A stretch of DNA of 59,609 nt from Candidatus Hadarchaeota archaeon (GTDB lineage Archaea > Hadarchaeota > Hadarchaeia > Hadarchaeales > Hadarchaeaceae). The notes beneath the pieces were generated by a model. The model did not search any database. It worked only from the letters and a program-made list of their open reading frames with translations, and was not told the DNA's origin. The stretch lies in the NCBI GenBank assembly GCA_964345105.1, contig CAYFPZ010000094.1, positions 1-59,609 on the forward strand, read 5' to 3'. Below, one piece after another: positions 55,222-59,609 of the stretch. The translations under genes were made by a program, and so were the position numbers. The first letter of the stretch is position 1, and the number at the start of each line of letters is the position of its first letter.

Positions 55222-55386
55222 GTGACAGGAAAAATCGAGAACATGGTAGCTGATTTGATCGCTGAATTCAGGCATAGACTCGACGAGCTCGAGCGCCGAG
55301 TTGTATCGCTTGAGCTATCACTCGGAAAGGTCCAGCCACCCAATTGTGCCAGCAAGATTGTTAAGACAAAGCGCCACAGCAGATGA
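55222..55386 (+). CDS. Small coiled-coil protein, first gene of the ATPase operon
   Basis: AAGGAG lies 6 nt upstream of the GTG at 55222 (the track start TTG at 55174 overlaps moeA). Heptad-like ADLIAEFRHRLDELERRVVSLELSL. The stop overlaps the ATPase ATG (ATGA). Confidence 0.45.
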   Translation: MTGKIENMVADLIAEFRHRLDELERRVVSLELSLGKVQPPNCASKIVKTKRHSR

Positions 55387-57602
55387 TAATTATGGCGCTT
55401 CGGACCTATCGTTCCGGCCCACTCCAGGTTGCAGAAATCGAATGTTATGGGTGCGAAGGACTAAGTTCACTAGAAGATAAACGTTGTCGCGCCTGTGTGT
55501 TCGAGCAACTCGGTGCGCAAAACTTGGTGGACCAAGTTACCCTTCGCCGGGCCTATAAACGGGTGTACTGTTCGAGTGAACTTTCAAAACTCGCCAAAAC
55601 CCTAGCTGTAATCAAACAGCTCATTTTCGACCGTGCATCCTATGCGGTAAGTGAGAAAGATAAGTGCAAAGGTTGCGTAGATAAACGATGCAAAGAATTG
55701 ACCGAACGATGGGGAAAAATTCTAGAGGCACCGCACGATTTTTCACCGATTGAGGAATTATTGAAAAAATACAGTAGACTCAAAGGCGAATGCGCGAAAT
55801 GCACCGAACGTTATTTCCTAAAACTCCTCACGAACGCAAGAACAAGGCTGGCGGGTATTGCAGCCATCCAAAAAGCTGACAAAACGGATTACGACGAGGT
55901 TTTTGCGGCGCGGGTAATGCCTTTTTTCGTCGAGGGGATTTGTTATTCGCCAAGGCACAGGTTAAAACTGCTGGAGACTTATGAGTTAGCCGAGCGGCGA
56001 GGCACTGTGCGGATTTACGAACAGCTTGATCGTCCGCTACCGTTTTACCAGCTTGATCTTCCAGAGCTCAAGATGCCCGCGGAGCACCTCCAGTTGCTGG
56101 ACGAAGCATATAAATTTGAGACGAAGGCCAAGCCGGGACACGCCCGTTTTGCTTTCCCAACGCGGATCTCGGGGTTCCTCGACGATTGGTACAATGTTTT
56201 GCTACACCTCCTTCGGGAGCGCTCGGATGTCAATATCCCCTCAAGTGAGCTTAGGGAACTTGCCAAGCAGATGTCTGGCTGGCTTACCTACCGGTGGCTT
56301 GAGCCCCTAAGCTACGATGACAAACTCACCGACATTTACATCCCCGCACCGCCCGAGCTTCAGCCAATTCGAGTCGTCCACGAACGTTGGGATATGTGCG
56401 AGACTGGCATCCATTGGACAACGCCGGCTCTGTTAGGATTCGGGGAAACTCTCGCTTCCCGCCTCGCGACATCTTTCGATGAAGTTCGCCCGCAGTTGGA
56501 CATTGAAATTCCCGAGCTTGGAATGCGATTGTTTTTGAGTAGGTACCCGGCTATATGGCCGAGGAGCATCGCGATATCAGTCAGGAAGCGCCGCCGCCGA
56601 GCTTGGACCCAGCCACTCTTCCTCGAGCGGGGTACGCTTACACCTCTCGCCAGCTCGTTTGTGAGTAACCTCGTCCGGCGGGGCGCTTCAGCTTTTATCA
56701 TAGGTGAAATGGGGAGCGCAAAAACCAGCGAGGTGGAAACGCTAGTGCCCGAGATAGGCCCCCACCAACGCATCATAGCATTTCAAGATACGGAGGAACT
56801 CCACCTTGAGGAGTTCGTTGCACACGGTTACTCAATCGAAAATGTACGAATTGCTGATGCCGAGCATCTCCATCGGCAAATTGATGCCTTCCTTAGAGGC
56901 GGCGCGGCATACTGGCTTATCACGGAGGTACGGGCGATGGAGGCGGTTAGAGCGGCTTTGGGGGCGGCAGCGCGTCAGGGAAGTCAACCAATCGTGAGCA
57001 GCTTTCACGCCCGCTCGAAGCGCGAGATGTTTGATCTGGTGTGCCGCATCATGGGATTGCATGACGCAGCCTACAAGTACGTCGATCTTGTTGTTAGCAC
57101 CGCCCGTTTTTCTACTCCAACCGGTACCATCAGGCGGGTGATAGAGGTAGCTGAGGTACTCAAAGATTGGGAGAACAAACCGAAGTATGCCGAGATTTTC
57201 ACCGAAGACCGCAAGCGCGATTTACTCGTTCCAAGAAATTTCCTTCGCGGTGATAGGCGCCTCCTTGAGCGCTTGAACTCTTTTGATCTCTCAAAACTCA
57301 ACATTCTAGATGCTGCAAAACGGCTGGACTTCTTACCACCAGAAAGAGACGGAAGCCAGCTCTTGCCCACGATGTGCAAGCGGTTCGCGATAGATGAGCG
57401 AGACTTCCTAACAGGCATTCTCGCAGAGGCTAAAATGAAGTCTGACTTGCTTTGTTTGGCCAGAGGCACTGGCGATATGAGCTACCTTGAGCTACCATTC
57501 GTGAGTCGTGCCTACGACGCTTACTTCTCTTTCGTTAAAGAAAATGCTCCAGAGTACGAGCGCGTTCTAACAAGGTGGCAAAGTTGGTTGAAGGCCCTTT
57601 AA
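55383..57602 (+). CDS. Type IV pilus/archaellum-class secretion ATPase (FlaI/VirB11 superfamily) with N-terminal double zinc-ribbon extension
   Basis: Walker A IIGEMGSAKTS, Asp box RIIAFQDTEEL, Walker B YWLITEVRAMEA, His box SSFHARS. N-terminal CYGCEG-x11-CRAC and CKGCVDKRC...CAKC. Confidence 0.85.
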   Translation: MIIMALRTYRSGPLQVAEIECYGCEGLSSLEDKRCRACVFEQLGAQNLVDQVTLRRAYKRVYCSSELSKLAKTLAVIKQLIFDRASYAVSEKDKCKGCVDKRCKELTERWGKILEAPHDFSPIEELLKKYSRLKGECAKCTERYFLKLLTNARTRLAGIAAIQKADKTDYDEVFAARVMPFFVEGICYSPRHRLKLLETYELAERRGTVRIYEQLDRPLPFYQLDLPELKMPAEHLQLLDEAYKFETKAKPGHARFAFPTRISGFLDDWYNVLLHLLRERSDVNIPSSELRELAKQMSGWLTYRWLEPLSYDDKLTDIYIPAPPELQPIRVVHERWDMCETGIHWTTPALLGFGETLASRLATSFDEVRPQLDIEIPELGMRLFLSRYPAIWPRSIAISVRKRRRRAWTQPLFLERGTLTPLASSFVSNLVRRGASAFIIGEMGSAKTSEVETLVPEIGPHQRIIAFQDTEELHLEEFVAHGYSIENVRIADAEHLHRQIDAFLRGGAAYWLITEVRAMEAVRAALGAAARQGSQPIVSSFHARSKREMFDLVCRIMGLHDAAYKYVDLVVSTARFSTPTGTIRRVIEVAEVLKDWENKPKYAEIFTEDRKRDLLVPRNFLRGDRRLLERLNSFDLSKLNILDAAKRLDFLPPERDGSQLLPTMCKRFAIDERDFLTGILAEAKMKSDLLCLARGTGDMSYLELPFVSRAYDAYFSFVKENAPEYERVLTRWQSWLKAL

Positions 57603-59302
57603 AAGTAGAGGAATGGCTACCCGTAAGCGAGGATGTGCGAGAAATCCTTGAGCGTTTCAAACAGGCTGAGAAACGTCCACCGTCCTTTTATGAACGCCTG
57701 TGCAGGATCGCTTATCGAATTTTTGGTAAACTCACACACAACATGAAAGTAACCGAACACACCCAGCGTGAGCTTGAGCAAGCAAAGCTCAGGATTTCAG
57801 CGAGAGAGTACTGGGCTGGTTTCTTCCTCATGTTAATCATCCCCACTCTCATGAGCGTTCTCGGATGGCTGTTAATCAGTCTGACAGGCTCGGACACGCT
57901 CGCGATGTGGTGGCTCCCCGTGCTTGGCTTGGTGCTGGGATGCGCCTTGGGGATGGTATTCTACCTCTATCCCCCAAGCCTCGCCGGGATAAGGCGAAGC
58001 GAAGCCCAAGGGGAGGCAATCCACACAATCATGTTGTTAAGCTTCGCTCTCTACCACAAACCTGACCTGCGCGGGGCTACGATTTTAGCTGCCAACGAAA
58101 GCAAAGGCGAACTCGCGGGTGACTTCCAGCGCGGGCTACTCGAACTCGATACTCGCCACCGCTATGAGAGTGTCCGCCATATGCTCACGATAATCGCTCA
58201 TCGGTGGGGCGAGATTGATGAGGGCACGAGGCAGGCGCTTTTCGATATCCTCCGCTCTACAGGTGCGCTGGAGGAAGCTTCTCGCACCTCCGATGTTGGC
58301 CGGGCGCCACAACGTGTGCTTGAGAGCAGCGAAGTTCAGCTGAGCAAGCGTTTGAACGCGCTCGTGATGCCTACAATGGCGTTCATGGTATTCGGCTCGC
58401 TTGCGATCGTCGGGATGATCGGCCTCTCTCCATTGTTCGGTGCAATAGGGACAAATTTTGTCCAACTGCACTTCTTCGTGCTCGCAGCCCTCCTGCTCGT
58501 GGCCTCCTTTTTCACTTTCACTACCTATATGGGAAGGCTCAGGCCCACGACCCTACCTCCTTCCGAGGTACCTGAGGATGACCCCCGTCTACCCTCACGA
58601 GGGAATGTAAGAATCTTCGCGCGCGAGGTTCCCTCTTGGCTGCCACCGCTCTTGGTTTTCCTCGCCCTTGCTTGGCCAGGTTTCCTCTACTTCTTAGGCA
58701 TTCAGACAGGTGCGTTGGGAGCGATCGCCCAAGGGGTGAACGCGTTTTGGTTTATCTGGGCTGCGGCTGCGGCAGTTGCTGTCTACGCATATCTCTACGC
58801 TGGGCAGCGAAGGAAGCTTCGGGAAGAAGAGCGAACAAAGGCGATCGACTGGGGAACAGCTCTCAACACCATAGGCTCACGCGTGATAGACGGAAAGCCG
58901 ATGAGTCAGGCGATGGTCGAAACTGCTGAGTTGATGCCGGGGTCGCCTGTTGCGGATCAGCTCCATGAAATTGTCGAGAGCACCGAGAAGTACGCAATAG
59001 ATGTGCACCGCGCGCTATTTGAGCGAGGGTTGGTCAAGCGAACCCGTAACCCCCTCATCCAAAGCTTCCTAAACGTGATTACGCGCATTCGGCGGAGCTC
59101 GGAAGCGGCGGCGGGACAGGCGTGCATGATGGCAGCAGATTTCCTCTCGACGCTGCACCGGGTTGAACACCGCTTCCGCGAGCGGATAGATGAGGCGATG
59201 GGGAATCTCTGGTTGATCACCGTGGTCCTGTTACCGATCGTCTGCGCGATGTCGATTACATTTTGCCAACCGTCTCCCCCTCGAGCTCGAACCCGATGGT
59301 GA
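57575..59302 (+). CDS. FlaJ/TadC-like polytopic membrane platform protein (T2SS-F-like)
   Basis: 575 aa with two soluble helical blocks alternating with clusters of TM helices, as in FlaJ/PilC. It directly follows and overlaps the ATPase gene by 28 nt. The call rests on architecture and context, not a strict motif. Confidence 0.65.
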   Translation: MAKLVEGPLKVEEWLPVSEDVREILERFKQAEKRPPSFYERLCRIAYRIFGKLTHNMKVTEHTQRELEQAKLRISAREYWAGFFLMLIIPTLMSVLGWLLISLTGSDTLAMWWLPVLGLVLGCALGMVFYLYPPSLAGIRRSEAQGEAIHTIMLLSFALYHKPDLRGATILAANESKGELAGDFQRGLLELDTRHRYESVRHMLTIIAHRWGEIDEGTRQALFDILRSTGALEEASRTSDVGRAPQRVLESSEVQLSKRLNALVMPTMAFMVFGSLAIVGMIGLSPLFGAIGTNFVQLHFFVLAALLLVASFFTFTTYMGRLRPTTLPPSEVPEDDPRLPSRGNVRIFAREVPSWLPPLLVFLALAWPGFLYFLGIQTGALGAIAQGVNAFWFIWAAAAAVAVYAYLYAGQRRKLREEERTKAIDWGTALNTIGSRVIDGKPMSQAMVETAELMPGSPVADQLHEIVESTEKYAIDVHRALFERGLVKRTRNPLIQSFLNVITRIRRSSEAAAGQACMMAADFLSTLHRVEHRFRERIDEAMGNLWLITVVLLPIVCAMSITFCQPSPPRARTRW

Positions 59303-59353
59303 CTTTAAAGTAGGCCTGCCGCCAAGGTGGGTTAGAGGGGAGGAGGTGAGCAC

Positions 59354-59609
59354 GTGAAATGGGCTGTTAGAGTGATCGCCATCTGTGCCGTGATAGTCGT
59401 TGCCATAATAATTGCCATCATCGCAGCTATCGGCGAAGAGGCCAAACCACCCGCTTTCGAACTCAAGGACTGGGAGATCGTGACCAACGCAAGCGTATCG
59501 ATCGGGTTCACCTATTCAGCAGACAAGGATGTTTCAGCCGTGCTGTTGGATCCGAAAGGGGAGGAAGTTGGTTACGCTTTTCCATCCGCGGTGGCAACTT
59601 ATGATAAAA
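59354..59609 (+). CDS. N-terminally membrane-anchored protein, partial (runs off window)
   Basis: GGAGGAGGTGA lies 5 nt upstream of the GTG at 59354. VKWAVRVIAICAVIVVAIIIAIIAAIG is followed by a beta-rich soluble part. It is the fourth gene of the ATPase operon. Confidence 0.5.
   Translation, partial: MKWAVRVIAICAVIVVAIIIAIIAAIGEEAKPPAFELKDWEIVTNASVSIGFTYSADKDVSAVLLDPKGEEVGYAFPSAVATYDK

Noticed and set aside
57575-57602. Possible programmed frameshift or fusion between the ATPase and the platform gene.
   Set aside because: A 28-nt overlap with a GTG start in another frame is ordinary translational coupling, and both ORFs are complete.
1-59609. CRISPR arrays, IS elements or transposases, integrases, prophage or integrated-element boundaries (for example tRNA-flanked direct repeats).
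   Set aside because: I saw no regularly spaced repeats, no transposase- or integrase-like ORFs and no partial tRNA duplications. The AT-rich spacers look like ordinary promoter regions.

Overview
Densely coding archaeal chromosomal segment with moderate GC, judged by eye, and a few short AT-rich spacers. No rRNA, CRISPR array or obvious mobile element is visible. The core is housekeeping. A 12-kb same-strand array on the minus strand reads dtdA-ftsZ-secE-spt5/nusG-(OB-fold gene)-rpl11-rpl1-rplP0-rpl12-alaS-leuS. Other housekeeping genes are LSm-L37e, two tRNAs, SepF, ZPR1, aCPSF1, proteasome beta, G1P dehydrogenase, family B DNA polymerase, Tfx, MetAP, fibrillarin/Nop5, PdxS/T and MoaC/MoaB/MoeA. 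A eukaryote-type topoisomerase IB, canonical FtsZ plus SepF, two histone-fold genes and frequent GGAGGTGA-type Shine-Dalgarno sites suggest a TACK-type archaeon (Bathyarchaeia-, Aigarchaeota- or Thaumarchaeota-related). That placement is inference only. The items most worth a second look are listed here. (1) A compact, translationally coupled operon at the 3' end (55.2-59.6 kb) encodes a small coiled-coil protein, a FlaI/VirB11-type ATPase with a double zinc-ribbon N-terminal extension, a FlaJ/TadC-like membrane platform and an N-anchored protein, with no pilin or peptidase in view. (2) Two promoter- and terminator-bracketed structured RNA candidates lie at about 38.75-38.90 kb and 41.07-41.31 kb, and I cannot classify either. 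(3) A tRNA-Ala gene of 130 nt appears to carry two introns. (4) A Doc-like toxin gene is followed by, rather than preceded by, an RHH gene. (5) A cyclic amidohydrolase, an SsnA-like aminohydrolase and a DPD/DHODH-like flavoprotein with a ferredoxin tail form a cluster. (6) A small winged-helix protein shows local resemblance to Z-alpha domains. All functional calls come from reading motifs by eye. No database search or folding program was run.
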